64,000 nucleotides of DNA from a virus. The stretch spans positions 64,001 through 128,000 of IMG/VR virus record IMGVR_UViG_3300045988_146774; one strand, given 5' to 3'. Position 1 is the first letter of the stretch. Each line of letters starts with the position of its first letter. Under the pieces are notes generated by a model. It made no database searches. It was given only the letters and a program-made list of their open reading frames with translations, and had not been told where the DNA came from. A program made the position numbers and the translations under genes. Below, in pieces: positions 38,618-48,353 of the stretch.

Positions 38618-39341
38618 TCGGAATCTCCTTCCTCAAATATTTTAAATAATCATTCCAGTGTCCTTCAGAGTGAATAAATTCTTTTCCTTTTAACATCTTT
38701 TTACGCATATAGGTTTTCATGTCAACCCCTCTATACAAACGCTTTTTATTCAATAATTTGATGTAATTTTGAGTCAGTTTTGATAAGGCAAGCAATTTAC
38801 CATCTTCTTTCAAAGGAGCGATTATATCTTCATATTCTCTTAATTCGTCCTTTGGTATGAGGTATTCTATCTTAGGAAGATTCTTAGGGCTGAATGGAGA
38901 AATATCACCACCGGATGTCTTTGGTTTTAATAATGGAATGATTTTATCTGAATTTTTCTCATAAAATTTGAACATGACTTCTGAGTTTGTTTCCAGAATA
39001 TCAAAAATAAATTTTGAGTTTTTGATATCAGAATTGAATTGTTTGTGATCGATTATTTTATATGTAGTACCTTTTCCGGATTTTAAAATAGATACGTTTT
39101 CCGGATTAATATTCTCTGCATATAACTTACGAATAATATTTCTACCTCGTTGAAGAGATGGAATATACGATTGCAAAATTCCTTTACCATAATAAAATAT
39201 TTTATTCCCGAAGCTGCAATCAATATAAACATCTGCATCCTCATACGTATCTTTCAATGTTTTAGGAAAATCATTTGTCACTTTATCAACTTCACATTTC
39301 AGACGGTATTTGCCTTTATATTTTGTTGTAAGGTATCCCAA
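38610..39341 (-). CDS. hypothetical protein (243 aa)
   Basis: ORF overlaps the downstream start by 8 nt. No motif recognised. Confidence 0.5.
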   Translation of the reverse strand: MGYLTTKYKGKYRLKCEVDKVTNDFPKTLKDTYEDADVYIDCSFGNKIFYYGKGILQSYIPSLQRGRNIIRKLYAENINPENVSILKSGKGTTYKIIDHKQFNSDIKNSKFIFDILETNSEVMFKFYEKNSDKIIPLLKPKTSGGDISPFSPKNLPKIEYLIPKDELREYEDIIAPLKEDGKLLALSKLTQNYIKLLNKKRLYRGVDMKTYMRKKMLKGKEFIHSEGHWNDYLKYLRKEIPNA

Positions 39342-39359
39342 TTATTTATCACTTCTTTC

Positions 39360-39638
39360 TTAATCTTCTTCATAGAATCTTTCGTTGCTAACTTTTGGTT
39401 TATCTTTTTCTGCATCAGTTATAAGAGTTAATGCTTCCAATTTATTTGCAAAAAGAATTCTGTCGATATCGGAATAATTGAATAAATATCTTTTCTTTTC
39501 ACGCTTATCCATGCAAGCAAAATAATCTTCGTATAAAGTACAGACTATCATTTCACAAACATTATATATGCCAACATTAGGAAGTATTTGAGCATAATAT
39601 AGGATGTCTTTCTTCTTTATTCCTTGTTCATTTGTCAA
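39360..39638 (-). CDS. hypothetical protein (92 aa)
   Basis: ORF in the co-directional operon. No motif. Confidence 0.45.
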   Translation of the reverse strand: MTNEQGIKKKDILYYAQILPNVGIYNVCEMIVCTLYEDYFACMDKREKKRYLFNYSDIDRILFANKLEALTLITDAEKDKPKVSNERFYEED

Positions 39639-39719
39639 TTTATTATTCTCTTTTCTTTTATTTTTAGGAGTGCTATAGGAAATATAACACTCCTATTTTT
39701 TTACGATTTTAGATGGATC

Positions 39720-40217
39720 TTAATCGCAATATAGAATTATTTTATTCTGTTTTAATGTTTCTGGGATATTGATGACTCTTTGATTTGACGAGCCACGAAA
39801 TTTTAGACTTGGATTTTTTAAAGTTTCATCATAACGTCCATCGACAAGAACATCTACGAAAAGTAAAACTTTAAATTGTTCACTACTTAATGATTCATAT
39901 TGATATCCAGAATATAACCAAATCTTTTTCTCTGGAAATTTATCTTTGATTTCTTTACAGAGTTTACAAATGTCTTGCATATTTTGTTTGGCTAAAGGTT
40001 CTCCACCTAACACACTAAATCGTGAAATATATGGTTTATTTAATAATTCTAATAACTTATTTTTCTTTTCTTCAGTCCATTCTTTACCACCATTAAAATC
40101 CCATGCCTCTGAATTAAAGCATCCTTTGCAATGGATTGGACATCCTTGTACAAAAATGGAGACTCCAATTGCTTCTCCATTCGAAATGTCCATTGATCTG
40201 ATTTGTGCATAATTCAT
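39720..40217 (-). CDS. nrdG: anaerobic ribonucleoside-triphosphate reductase activating protein (radical SAM)
   Basis: SIFVQGCPIHCKGCFN cluster (CxxxCxxC). 165 aa, directly downstream of nrdD. Confidence 0.85.
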   Translation of the reverse strand: MNYAQIRSMDISNGEAIGVSIFVQGCPIHCKGCFNSEAWDFNGGKEWTEEKKNKLLELLNKPYISRFSVLGGEPLAKQNMQDICKLCKEIKDKFPEKKIWLYSGYQYESLSSEQFKVLLFVDVLVDGRYDETLKNPSLKFRGSSNQRVINIPETLKQNKIILYCD

Positions 40218-40220
40218 TTT

Positions 40221-42479
40221 TTATTCCTCATATTCCGTATCATCTAAATGATATACTCTGTCATGAATATCCCCATATCTTCCTTGATTTCCGCCATTTT
40301 TTGCAGTGCCGATGTATCCACAAACTCTAAATGCAATATCCATTGTTGTGTTATCTGTATTGCCACAATTCGGGCACTTCCATTTAAGAAGACCGTCTTC
40401 ATCCTCAACCAATGGAATGTCTCCATCGAATCCGCATTTTTCACAATAACAATTTTTTGTATTAATCTCTGCATACATAATATTATTATAAATAAATTTA
40501 ATCACTTCTAAAATTGCCGGAATATTATGCGTCATACTTGGAATCTCTATATATGAAATTGCTCCGCCAGGACTTAACTTCTGGAATTTTGATTCGATTC
40601 TAAGTTTCTCAAAAGCAGTAATTGGTTCAAAGACTGGAATATGATAAGAATTTGTTATATAATTTCTATCCTTGCCATCAATTTTTACAAACACATCTTT
40701 TCCGAATCTATTCTTTAAACTTTTGGCAAATTTATAAGTTGTCGATTCTAATGGTGTCCCATAAATGCTATAATCAATGTTCTCTTCTTCTTTCCATTGA
40801 TTACACTTGTCATTTAGGGCTTGCATAATTTTTAAACCAAATTCTTCTCCTACGCCTTCATCAGAATGAGAATGACCTGTCATAAATTTTACACACTCAT
40901 ATAATCCTGCATATCCAAGTGAAATGGTAGAATATCCATCATAAAGAAGACGACTAATTTTTTCATGTTTTTTCAAACGTGCTAATGCACCATATTGCCA
41001 AAGAATTGGAGCTACATCCGAAGAAGTTCCAAGTAAGCGGTTGTGTCTAGATTTTAATGCTTTATGGCATAACTCAGCTCGTTCGTCAAAAATCTCCCAA
41101 AATTTATTAATATCACCGTCCGAAGATAAAGCAATGTCGGGTAAGGAAATTGTTACAACCCCCTGATTGAAACGTCCATAATATTTATGTTTTGTTTTAT
41201 CAAAGTTTTTTGCATTAGAAATATTGCCAACTTTATCAGAGAACCTATCTACTGTAAGAAAAGATCTGCATCCCATACAAGTGAATACATCGCCTTTTAA
41301 TTCAAGCATAACCTTTTCAGAAATATAATCTGGTACAAGACGTTTTGAAGTGCACTCCGCTGCAAGTTTTGTTAAATACCAATATTTAGATTCTTCTGTA
41401 ATATTATCTTCTTCTAAAACATAAATGAGTTTTGGGAAAGCAGGAGCAATATAAACTCCATCTTCATTTTTAACACCAATCATTCTTTGACGAAGCATTT
41501 CTTCAATTAATAACGCTAAATCTGCTTTTTCTTGTTCGTTTTTTGCCTCGTTTAAATACATGAAAATTGTAATAAATGGGGCTTGTCCATTGGTTGTCAT
41601 TAGTGTGACTAATTGATATTGAATAGTTTGAATACCTTTTTCGATTTCTGAAGTAAGTCGTTCTTTTGTAATCTTATCAATAACATTGTTTAATTCTTCA
41701 CCCTCTAAAAGTGTATCAGCAATATCGCATAATTCATGTTCGACTTCATCACGAATTTTTTTTCTTGAGACATCTACGAATGGTGCTAAATGAGCTAATG
41801 ATATGCTTTGCCCCCCATATTGACTACTTGCAACTTGTGCAATAATTTGAGTCGTAACAGTACAAGCTGTAGATAAACTGTGCGGTTTTTCAATTAATGT
41901 TTCAGAAATAACCGTTCCATTCTGAAGCATATCTTCTAGATTAATTAAATCACAGTTATGTTCTTTCTGCATAAAGTAATCCGCATCATGGAAATGAATA
42001 ATGCCTTCATCATGAGCCTGAACAATCTCTGGTGGAAGAAGATACCTTCTTACAGCATCCGTACTTACAATCCCAGCCATATAATCACGTACAGTTGTAT
42101 TTAAAATTGGATTTTTATTAGCATTTTCATGCATCAAATAATCGTTATTGCCATTGACAAGATCAATTACATCATCGTCTGTTGTATTATTGCTTTCTCT
42201 CTGAAACTCTCTGGTACTTCTATAACCTTCGTAAGCCCTTGCTGTAAGACGTTGCTTTTTTGTAATCAGCTTATCGAATACCATTAATTCAATATCTGAA
42301 ATATCAACGCTTTCTTTTCCTTTGCATTCTTCGTGAATTTCTTTTGCAATGCTTTCTGCAATTTTAGGTTTAATAATTCCAGAACCGTTTTCCATAGCCT
42401 TCATGATTGCATTATAAATTTTTGATTCATCGAATGCTTGCTCGCTACAATCTCTTTTAACTACTAAAAGTTCGCTCAA
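40221..42479 (-). CDS. nrdD: anaerobic ribonucleoside-triphosphate reductase, large subunit
   Basis: N-terminal ATP-cone (VVKRDCSEQAFDESKI). C-terminal zinc site CEKCG..CPNCG. Glycyl-radical motif FRVCGYIG. Confidence 0.9.
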   Translation of the reverse strand: MSELLVVKRDCSEQAFDESKIYNAIMKAMENGSGIIKPKIAESIAKEIHEECKGKESVDISDIELMVFDKLITKKQRLTARAYEGYRSTREFQRESNNTTDDDVIDLVNGNNDYLMHENANKNPILNTTVRDYMAGIVSTDAVRRYLLPPEIVQAHDEGIIHFHDADYFMQKEHNCDLINLEDMLQNGTVISETLIEKPHSLSTACTVTTQIIAQVASSQYGGQSISLAHLAPFVDVSRKKIRDEVEHELCDIADTLLEGEELNNVIDKITKERLTSEIEKGIQTIQYQLVTLMTTNGQAPFITIFMYLNEAKNEQEKADLALLIEEMLRQRMIGVKNEDGVYIAPAFPKLIYVLEEDNITEESKYWYLTKLAAECTSKRLVPDYISEKVMLELKGDVFTCMGCRSFLTVDRFSDKVGNISNAKNFDKTKHKYYGRFNQGVVTISLPDIALSSDGDINKFWEIFDERAELCHKALKSRHNRLLGTSSDVAPILWQYGALARLKKHEKISRLLYDGYSTISLGYAGLYECVKFMTGHSHSDEGVGEEFGLKIMQALNDKCNQWKEEENIDYSIYGTPLESTTYKFAKSLKNRFGKDVFVKIDGKDRNYITNSYHIPVFEPITAFEKLRIESKFQKLSPGGAISYIEIPSMTHNIPAILEVIKFIYNNIMYAEINTKNCYCEKCGFDGDIPLVEDEDGLLKWKCPNCGNTDNTTMDIAFRVCGYIGTAKNGGNQGRYGDIHDRVYHLDDTEYEE

Positions 42480-42482
42480 TCT

Positions 42483-42635
42483 CTATTCCTCCTGTTTCTT
42501 TTCATTCTTTTCTTTTAAATATTTCTCCCAAAGTTCACCTGACTTCTCATCAGATTTTTTTGCAGTATCCATTAATGCATACATAAACATAACTACGCAC
42601 ATAAGAATAACTACACAAAAGATTCCAAATTTCAT
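42483..42635 (-). CDS. small membrane protein (50 aa, hypothetical)
   Basis: Below the ORF-track cutoff. ATG follows GAGAAGG. MKFGIFCVVILMCVVMFMYALM then a charged tail. Confidence 0.4.
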   Translation of the reverse strand: MKFGIFCVVILMCVVMFMYALMDTAKKSDEKSGELWEKYLKEKNEKKQEE

Positions 42636-42647
42636 CCTTCTCACTTC

Positions 42648-42845
42648 CTATCTTTTTATATTGCCATCTCCACCATCTTTGCAAATGAGCTTGATATGAG
42701 TGGATAAAGCATCAAAGTAATTTGGCACACGTCTGATTGTGTCAATTACATATTCTCTTCCATTCACTTCAACTGTAATGAATTCATCGTCAAACTTTTT
42801 CAATTCACGTTGAAGTAATCCACATGATGCGACTATATTTATCAC
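42648..42845 (-). CDS. hypothetical protein (65 aa)
   Basis: ORF in the operon. No motif. Confidence 0.4.
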   Translation of the reverse strand: MINIVASCGLLQRELKKFDDEFITVEVNGREYVIDTIRRVPNYFDALSTHIKLICKDGGDGNIKR

Positions 42846-42853
42846 CTCTTTTC

Positions 42854-43273
42854 TTAAAAGTATCCTGCAACATGCATCATTACTTTTGTTAATGCGTCTT
42901 TGCCGGTTTCAACCCTGTCAATTTGTTCTATTTTTTGATCATCAATATTTGAATTACTATCTGAAAATGCAATTACAGGAACATTGTTTAAATATGCATA
43001 TAAAATATCATCACTTGTTTCTATATCAATATTGTTTAGATTTACAAGCAAAACATCGGATTGTTTGATTGCCCGAAATCTATACCTCATAACTTCTTTG
43101 TAAGTGTATTGGTTGTCTGAATGATTGCTATAATAAATAACTGGATCAAAAATATTGAATCGATCTTCATAATATAATCCAAACCATTTCTTCACAGTTT
43201 TTCTCCATTTATATGGCATCATGTCATCTTTGTCAGAACCTAAAGCACCAGACAAATAAATTCGTTTCTTCAT
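42854..43273 (-). CDS. nucleoside 2-deoxyribosyltransferase-like protein (tentative)
   Basis: KKRIYLSGAL.. at the N-terminus and ..DVLLVNLN...SDDILYAYLNNVPVIAF resemble the NDT-like family pattern (iYlAG...D.G...E.G.A...pv). Confidence 0.4.
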   Translation of the reverse strand: MKKRIYLSGALGSDKDDMMPYKWRKTVKKWFGLYYEDRFNIFDPVIYYSNHSDNQYTYKEVMRYRFRAIKQSDVLLVNLNNIDIETSDDILYAYLNNVPVIAFSDSNSNIDDQKIEQIDRVETGKDALTKVMMHVAGYF

Positions 43274-43277
43274 TCTT

Positions 43278-43841
43278 TTAGCCCTCTGTTTTATGCGCTT
43301 CTTTAAGATAAGAAATAATTTTGTCTACAACTTCCGGAATCGTATTTCTGTCATTGTTATAAACAATGTGATCAACTTTATCTTCCAGACCTTTGAAATC
43401 TGCTAAGTCTGCTTCAATACGTCTTGCAGCTTCTTCTTTCTTATCTCCACGCTTTTTTAATCTGTTTTTAATTGTTTTGATATTGGAATAAATATAGAAG
43501 GAAGTTATATCTTCCTTGTTAAGATTTTTTAAGATTTGCTCATATCCGCTAGGGTTTAGAATAATAATTGAGTCTGAATTGCTTTCATAATCATCAATTG
43601 CAGAACCGTAAAGCCATGTACCTTCTTTAGTATCATACGATGTATATTCTGCGAAAAAACCCTTTGGTATGAGTGTTTCGAATTCTTCTTTAGTTATAAA
43701 ATGATATGTCTCATCTTGGACTTCGCCTGGTCGCATAGGTCTTGTAGTATATGTAACCAACTTTTTATATCCTTTTTGAATTAGTTGGTTACATACTGTG
43801 TCTTTACCAGAGGAAGTTTTACCTAGTAATACTACGATCAT
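43278..43841 (-). CDS. guanylate kinase-like (d)NMP kinase
   Basis: P-loop LLGKTSSGKDT. TTRPMRPGEVQDETYHFITKEEF matches the guanylate-kinase signature TTRxxRxGExdGxdYxFvs.eeF. Confidence 0.65.
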   Translation of the reverse strand: MIVVLLGKTSSGKDTVCNQLIQKGYKKLVTYTTRPMRPGEVQDETYHFITKEEFETLIPKGFFAEYTSYDTKEGTWLYGSAIDDYESNSDSIIILNPSGYEQILKNLNKEDITSFYIYSNIKTIKNRLKKRGDKKEEAARRIEADLADFKGLEDKVDHIVYNNDRNTIPEVVDKIISYLKEAHKTEG

Positions 43842-44177
43842 CTATTCTCCTTCGTTTTCTCTGACATCTACAATAATATTTTGCTGACCATCTTTTCCTG
43901 TGATATTAACAATGCCATAACACTCAAAATCAACATTGCCATCTTTATCAATAATTACAACATGAGCTGGTTCATTAAAATCATTATTAATTACAAGATT
44001 CTGTACTTCTATAGATTCTTTCTTTTTGCGATTCGTCTCTACGCTAGGTTCTTTCGCACATCCAACGAGTAAATAAGCGATTAAACCAATAATCACACAT
44101 AATACTACGGTGAATAGAGAAGCCCATGCGAAATCCTTCATCTTTTCGATAAAACCCTTGTTTTCTTCTTCAAACAT
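43842..44177 (-). CDS. membrane-anchored protein (hypothetical)
   Basis: The likely start is the ATG of MFEEENKG.. (44177), after GGGGGT and just past the upstream stop. One TM helix (WASLFTVVLCVIIGLIAYLLVG). Confidence 0.45.
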   Translation of the reverse strand: MFEEENKGFIEKMKDFAWASLFTVVLCVIIGLIAYLLVGCAKEPSVETNRKKKESIEVQNLVINNDFNEPAHVVIIDKDGNVDFECYGIVNITGKDGQQNIIVDVRENEGE

Positions 44178-44178
44178 G

Positions 44179-44433
44179 CTATTGTACCCCCACAAACCAC
44201 TTTGAAATGCGTCTTTCATACGAATTTAACGAATTTTCGACCCTCGAAAAAGCCCGCAAAATAGCGGTTTTTTGAAAACACGATAAAATGCCCATGATTG
44301 ACTTTCCGTCAACAATATATCTTCCGACGCAATAATCAATATTTATGTCAGAAAACGTGTTTGAAATGTCTGCAAACTCTTTAATATCGTCTAAAGTCGG
44401 TAATTTGATATTATATTCTCTAATTTGAATCAC
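44179..44433 (-). CDS. HPr-family (Crh-like) protein lacking the His15 phosphorylation site
   Basis: ..INIDYCVGRYIVDGKSIMGILS.. aligns with HPr ..[21 protein letters not shown] (Ser46 region). The N-terminal GIHARPA motif is replaced by PTLDDIKEF. Confidence 0.5.
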   Translation of the reverse strand: MIQIREYNIKLPTLDDIKEFADISNTFSDINIDYCVGRYIVDGKSIMGILSCFQKTAILRAFSRVENSLNSYERRISKWFVGVQ

Positions 44434-46396
44434 CTCCTAAATATTTTTCAATGAAATCATCTTCAGACAAGATTGGCACTCCTAAATTTTTTGCTTTTTT
44501 ATTTTTGGATGACGTTGATTCCGCATCGTTATTAATAAGTGCCGTCGTTTTTGAGCTGACTGATCCAGCAACCTTACCTCCAAGAGATTCGATTTTCTCC
44601 TTTAGAGCATCACGGTTTTTAAATTTATTTAGTGAGCCAGTGATTACAAATGACATTCCGGATAGGCTTGTACCATTCTTCTTGTTGTTCTGCACATTAA
44701 ACTTAAATTCCTGAGACAATTCCCACATTTCCTCATAATGTTTTTCGAAATAATCATCCAAAGATTTTACAAGTGAATCGTCAATACCAGAGATTCTTTT
44801 GAAATATCTTGCATGATTTACAAGCATAATCTGAATAAACTTACCAATCATTCCGTCACATTCATTAGATATTGCCTTACTTGCTGCCTTACCAACCATA
44901 GGAATAGAAAGGCTGCATAAAAATCTATCAAATGTTGTGTGTCTACTATCTTCAATTGATTTCATGAGCTTATTTACTGATTTCGTTCCGAATCCTTCAA
45001 GAACTGACATCTTTGATTTAAAATCACTAAGATGATAGATATCTTTGATTGAGCTTAACCAACCAAGATTAATGAATTTCTGAATTGTTGCTTTTGATAA
45101 CCCATCGAGATCAAGAGCATTTTTGCTAACCGCATGTGTAAGTTTCCCAAGAAGTTTGCCCTTACAATCTAGATTAGTACAGATAAGAACCTCTGAGTCA
45201 TTCTCTTTTACTATTTTTGTTTCTCCTCCACAAACAGGGCATTTGTCCGGAATGGTAAAATTGCCAGACTTATCAATGCTGTCATGAACTTTTGGAATGA
45301 CCATATTTGATCTGTAGATTCTAATTCTATCGCCAATTCCTAACATCATATCCTTAATGTATGTAATATTATGAAGTGTGGCTCTTGTTGTAATAGCCCC
45401 AGACAAATTCACTGGATCAAAAATCGCAACTGGGTTAATAAGTCCTGTCTTAGAAGTATTCCATTCAATATCTCTAAGGGTTGTCTCAAATAATTCATCT
45501 TCATATTTATATGCTATGGAATGACGGAAGAATGTTTCTGTGCGCCCCATAGACTCTGCAATTTTGTAATCATCGGTAGCCATTACTGCACCATCATAAG
45601 GAATATTGTATTTATCAGCTGCTTCTCTTAAGCTTTCCAACATGTCTGGTAAATTCTCTCTGTCTTCAGAAGAGTTAGAATATGTATACATTGGAACTAT
45701 TTCAAATCCAAGTTCCTCTGCCCTTTTTAAATCTTTAAATACAGATTTATGTTCGAATCCTTTGATCACTCTCCATGCAATGAATCGCATATTCCTCTCA
45801 GCAGCTTCTGCGCTATCGAATAGCTGAAGCGAACCAGACACAAGATTTCTAGGATGCTTGTATTTTTTATCTTCTGGAAGAGGTTCGTTAATTTTTCTGA
45901 AAGAATCCCACCCAATAATTGTCTCTCCATCAATAATTAATTCATCTGTATAAGGAATAGTATGTGGAATATTCTTGATTGTAAGCACGTTTTGGAGGAC
46001 ATTAACACCTCGTACACCATCCCCCCTAGTTTCTGCACCGGTTAATTTACCATTAGAATAGTATAGAGAAGTGGTTAATCCATCACATTTTACAGATAAA
46101 AAACAATTTCTATTTCCTGCGAAATCTCTAAGTTCATCTATACTCTTTGTTTTGTCCAACGAAAGCATTGGGTGATTATGTACAACCTCTTCTAAATCTT
46201 CTGCTACAGTGTATCCAACATTTTGAGTTGGACTGTTATTGTAAATGATACCTGTTTGTTCTTCCAATGCTTTTAAGTCATCGTACATTTTATCCCATTC
46301 GTAATCAGAGATGACTGGTTCAGAATTGTAATATGCCTCAGAAGCTTTGTTAAGAGTATCAATTAAATAATTGATTCTTTTAATATCTTTTGTCAT
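44420..46396 (-). CDS. ligA: NAD-dependent DNA ligase
   Basis: Adenylation motif SVKCDGLT (KxDG). Zn finger CPVCGG..CTNLDC. HhH region. C-terminal BRCT (MSFVITGSL..). Confidence 0.9.
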   Translation of the reverse strand: MTKDIKRINYLIDTLNKASEAYYNSEPVISDYEWDKMYDDLKALEEQTGIIYNNSPTQNVGYTVAEDLEEVVHNHPMLSLDKTKSIDELRDFAGNRNCFLSVKCDGLTTSLYYSNGKLTGAETRGDGVRGVNVLQNVLTIKNIPHTIPYTDELIIDGETIIGWDSFRKINEPLPEDKKYKHPRNLVSGSLQLFDSAEAAERNMRFIAWRVIKGFEHKSVFKDLKRAEELGFEIVPMYTYSNSSEDRENLPDMLESLREAADKYNIPYDGAVMATDDYKIAESMGRTETFFRHSIAYKYEDELFETTLRDIEWNTSKTGLINPVAIFDPVNLSGAITTRATLHNITYIKDMMLGIGDRIRIYRSNMVIPKVHDSIDKSGNFTIPDKCPVCGGETKIVKENDSEVLICTNLDCKGKLLGKLTHAVSKNALDLDGLSKATIQKFINLGWLSSIKDIYHLSDFKSKMSVLEGFGTKSVNKLMKSIEDSRHTTFDRFLCSLSIPMVGKAASKAISNECDGMIGKFIQIMLVNHARYFKRISGIDDSLVKSLDDYFEKHYEEMWELSQEFKFNVQNNKKNGTSLSGMSFVITGSLNKFKNRDALKEKIESLGGKVAGSVSSKTTALINNDAESTSSKNKKAKNLGVPILSEDDFIEKYLGGDSN

Positions 46397-46597
46397 CTAC
46401 TTACTCCTTCCAACAAATTCATTTATATAGATTTTTAATTTTTCATCATCTTCGACAAAGAATGGATCTAATCCCTTGTTTCGAAGAAAACTGAAGAAGT
46501 TATCAAGGAACTGGCACACTCTCATGTCAGGATAATAGATAGAATGCATACATAACAGATGCATATATAATGGTGGTAATCTTTTAGGGTTTCTCAT
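46397..46597 (-). CDS. hypothetical protein (66 aa)
   Basis: ORF abutting the ligA start. No motif. Confidence 0.4.
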   Translation of the reverse strand: MRNPKRLPPLYMHLLCMHSIYYPDMRVCQFLDNFFSFLRNKGLDPFFVEDDEKLKIYINEFVGRSK

Positions 46598-46868
46598 AGA
46601 TTACACCTCCTTCTGATAATCTTTGTCCACATCGGTCACAATATCTTTGGAATGGAACGTTATGATCAACCACATAATCACATTTAGGACAATGGCGGAA
46701 ACCATTTTTAAATATTTTTCTCATTGGTTTTTCTCGTTCTTCTCTCTTTTTATATTCATCTATCTCTTCTTCTAATCTCCAACATTTATTGCGAAAATAA
46801 GAGAAGTCTCTATGCCATGCTTCATATTCTTCTACTTCACGACCGGTTAATACTAATTGTTTTTGCAT
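46584..46868 (-). CDS. zinc-ribbon protein (94 aa, hypothetical)
   Basis: CPKC...CDRCG pair. Confidence 0.45.
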   Translation of the reverse strand: MQKQLVLTGREVEEYEAWHRDFSYFRNKCWRLEEEIDEYKKREEREKPMRKIFKNGFRHCPKCDYVVDHNVPFQRYCDRCGQRLSEGGVIYEKP

Positions 46869-47413
46869 ACTGTTCCTCTATATTCTGAAAGTTCCTCCTG
46901 AAATGCTTCTGTTTTTGAGTATCCACATGGGAACATTTCTGGACAAAAACCTCTATAAATACATTCTCTAACCATACAAGAAGCCAACTCTGGTTCTGTT
47001 TTTGCTACATCATCTTTTACTTCTTGCCATGCTTTACGTGTTTCAGGGCTTGCACAATTACATAATCTCTTTCTACTTATATTAATAAGAGCCTGAGCAT
47101 CAGCTTCACAAGCGTGATTTACTGGTGTTCCCTGTGGCGATTCATCTCTATTGACACCGGTTCTATCTGTTCTCTGAGTAGAAACCCAATGTTCAATTCC
47201 AATTTTATGTCTTACAAAATGAACACTTACCCAACTTTTTAAATCTTTCCATCTCCAATAAAACTTCATTCTTCTAATTGGTGAATGTTCAGATAAAATA
47301 AGTCTTCTTTTCCAGTCTGATGTGGGATACTTACCAGTTGTTTTACCAATTGTATTCATTGTAGAATCCTTAATATCCTGCCAATTGTCTTCGTGTTTAA
47401 AAATGTCTATCAA
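46853..47413 (-). CDS. thyX: flavin-dependent thymidylate synthase (ThyX-like), tentative
   Basis: SEHSPIR...HFVRHKIGIEHWVSTQRTDR loosely follows the ThyX pattern HsP.E...l.RHR..s..q.SqRy. The motif is not a perfect RHRxxSxxxxSxR. Confidence 0.5.
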   Translation of the reverse strand: MIDIFKHEDNWQDIKDSTMNTIGKTTGKYPTSDWKRRLILSEHSPIRRMKFYWRWKDLKSWVSVHFVRHKIGIEHWVSTQRTDRTGVNRDESPQGTPVNHACEADAQALINISRKRLCNCASPETRKAWQEVKDDVAKTEPELASCMVRECIYRGFCPEMFPCGYSKTEAFQEELSEYRGTVCKNN

Positions 47414-47611
47414 TTAATCTTCCTCCGCAATAACTTTTTCTTTCACTATTTTTAATAATTTTGTCGCTAACGTTGTTACGCCATCAATGAAGTTTCCAAC
47501 TTCTTTACCGGATACGTTAGATTCAAAGCACCAATCTTCTACGTCCATCATGGTCTCAAAAGCCTTTTTGTAAATTACATTCTCATCAATCTCCATCTGA
47601 ATCCTCCTCAC
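47414..47611 (-). CDS. hypothetical protein (65 aa)
   Basis: ORF in the operon. No motif. Confidence 0.4.
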   Translation of the reverse strand: MRRIQMEIDENVIYKKAFETMMDVEDWCFESNVSGKEVGNFIDGVTTLATKLLKIVKEKVIAEED

Positions 47612-47807
47612 TTCCTAAAACTTTGTCATTTGTCCATACTGAAAATCTGCCAATCCAATTGCCTAGCTTATAACTTCCAATCATTGCTAGGATCGTTGTG
47701 GAACATTTATAATAATTTGCAATCCAAAATACAATCATAAGAAATAAAATTGCAAATGTAACAAACATCACCCAGTTTCTTTTCATCCATTTCCCTATAA
47801 GTTTCAT
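47586..47807 (-). CDS. small membrane protein (73 aa, hypothetical)
   Basis: Two hydrophobic segments (WVMFVTFAILFLMIVFWIANYY; ILAMIGSYKLG). Confidence 0.4.
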   Translation of the reverse strand: MKLIGKWMKRNWVMFVTFAILFLMIVFWIANYYKCSTTILAMIGSYKLGNWIGRFSVWTNDKVLGSEEDSDGD

Positions 47808-48025
47808 CTTTTCTTTTCATCCTCCAACTGCGCTGCATATGCCGGTAAGCACATTCTCAATGCCTCATTGTCGATAAAGTCTGGTCTTCTGCAATTCAAA
47901 CTTACATAATTTAAAAAGCCAATTAAAAATGAACCTATGGTACAATCCGGTAGATGTTTTTTCTGAACCTCTAATAAATCATTATAAAACGATTCCATTT
48001 CTTCAAAATTCACTTCTGTTTTCAT
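47804..48025 (-). CDS. hypothetical protein (73 aa)
   Basis: 4-nt overlaps with both neighbours. Confidence 0.4.
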   Translation of the reverse strand: MKTEVNFEEMESFYNDLLEVQKKHLPDCTIGSFLIGFLNYVSLNCRRPDFIDNEALRMCLPAYAAQLEDEKKR

Positions 48026-48264
48026 ACAAAATCCTCCTTGATAAATTCTTTCTTTACTTCTTCTATTCTCTGTTGGAAATAATCTATCTTCTTCTGTACG
48101 AGACTGTTATATAATTTGATGCATTCTTCTTCGGTATCTGCATATTCTCTTGCTTTTGGAAAAACTTTCTTTGATCTTGACGGAGTTCCATCTTTCTTCA
48201 TTGTTGTAAAATAGCATACCTTATCACCTGTTACATCGTTCCACCCGTCTGTCAGTATTCCCAA
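48022..48264 (-). CDS. hypothetical protein; frame is open a further 39 codons upstream without a start
   Basis: TTG start in the ORF track. The same frame is open up to 48381 (..FKPGDKIWACAYEFDNKK..), overlapping the end of 48354..48566. Confidence 0.35.
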   Translation of the reverse strand: MGILTDGWNDVTGDKVCYFTTMKKDGTPSRSKKVFPKAREYADTEEECIKLYNSLVQKKIDYFQQRIEEVKKEFIKEDFV

Positions 48265-48353
48265 TATTGGTTTTATATTGCTCTTTACTATCTTTTTGTT
48301 ATCAAATTCATATGCACAAGCCCAGATTTTATCTCCAGGCTTAAAGTCTCTTG

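Noticed and set aside
36728-40828. The + strand ORFs overlapping the integrase, dut, nrdG and nrdD genes: 36728..37130, 37732..37971, 38246..38500, 39150..39431, 39946..40212, 40248..40511, 40622..40828.
   Set aside because: They are antisense shadows of strongly supported - strand genes.
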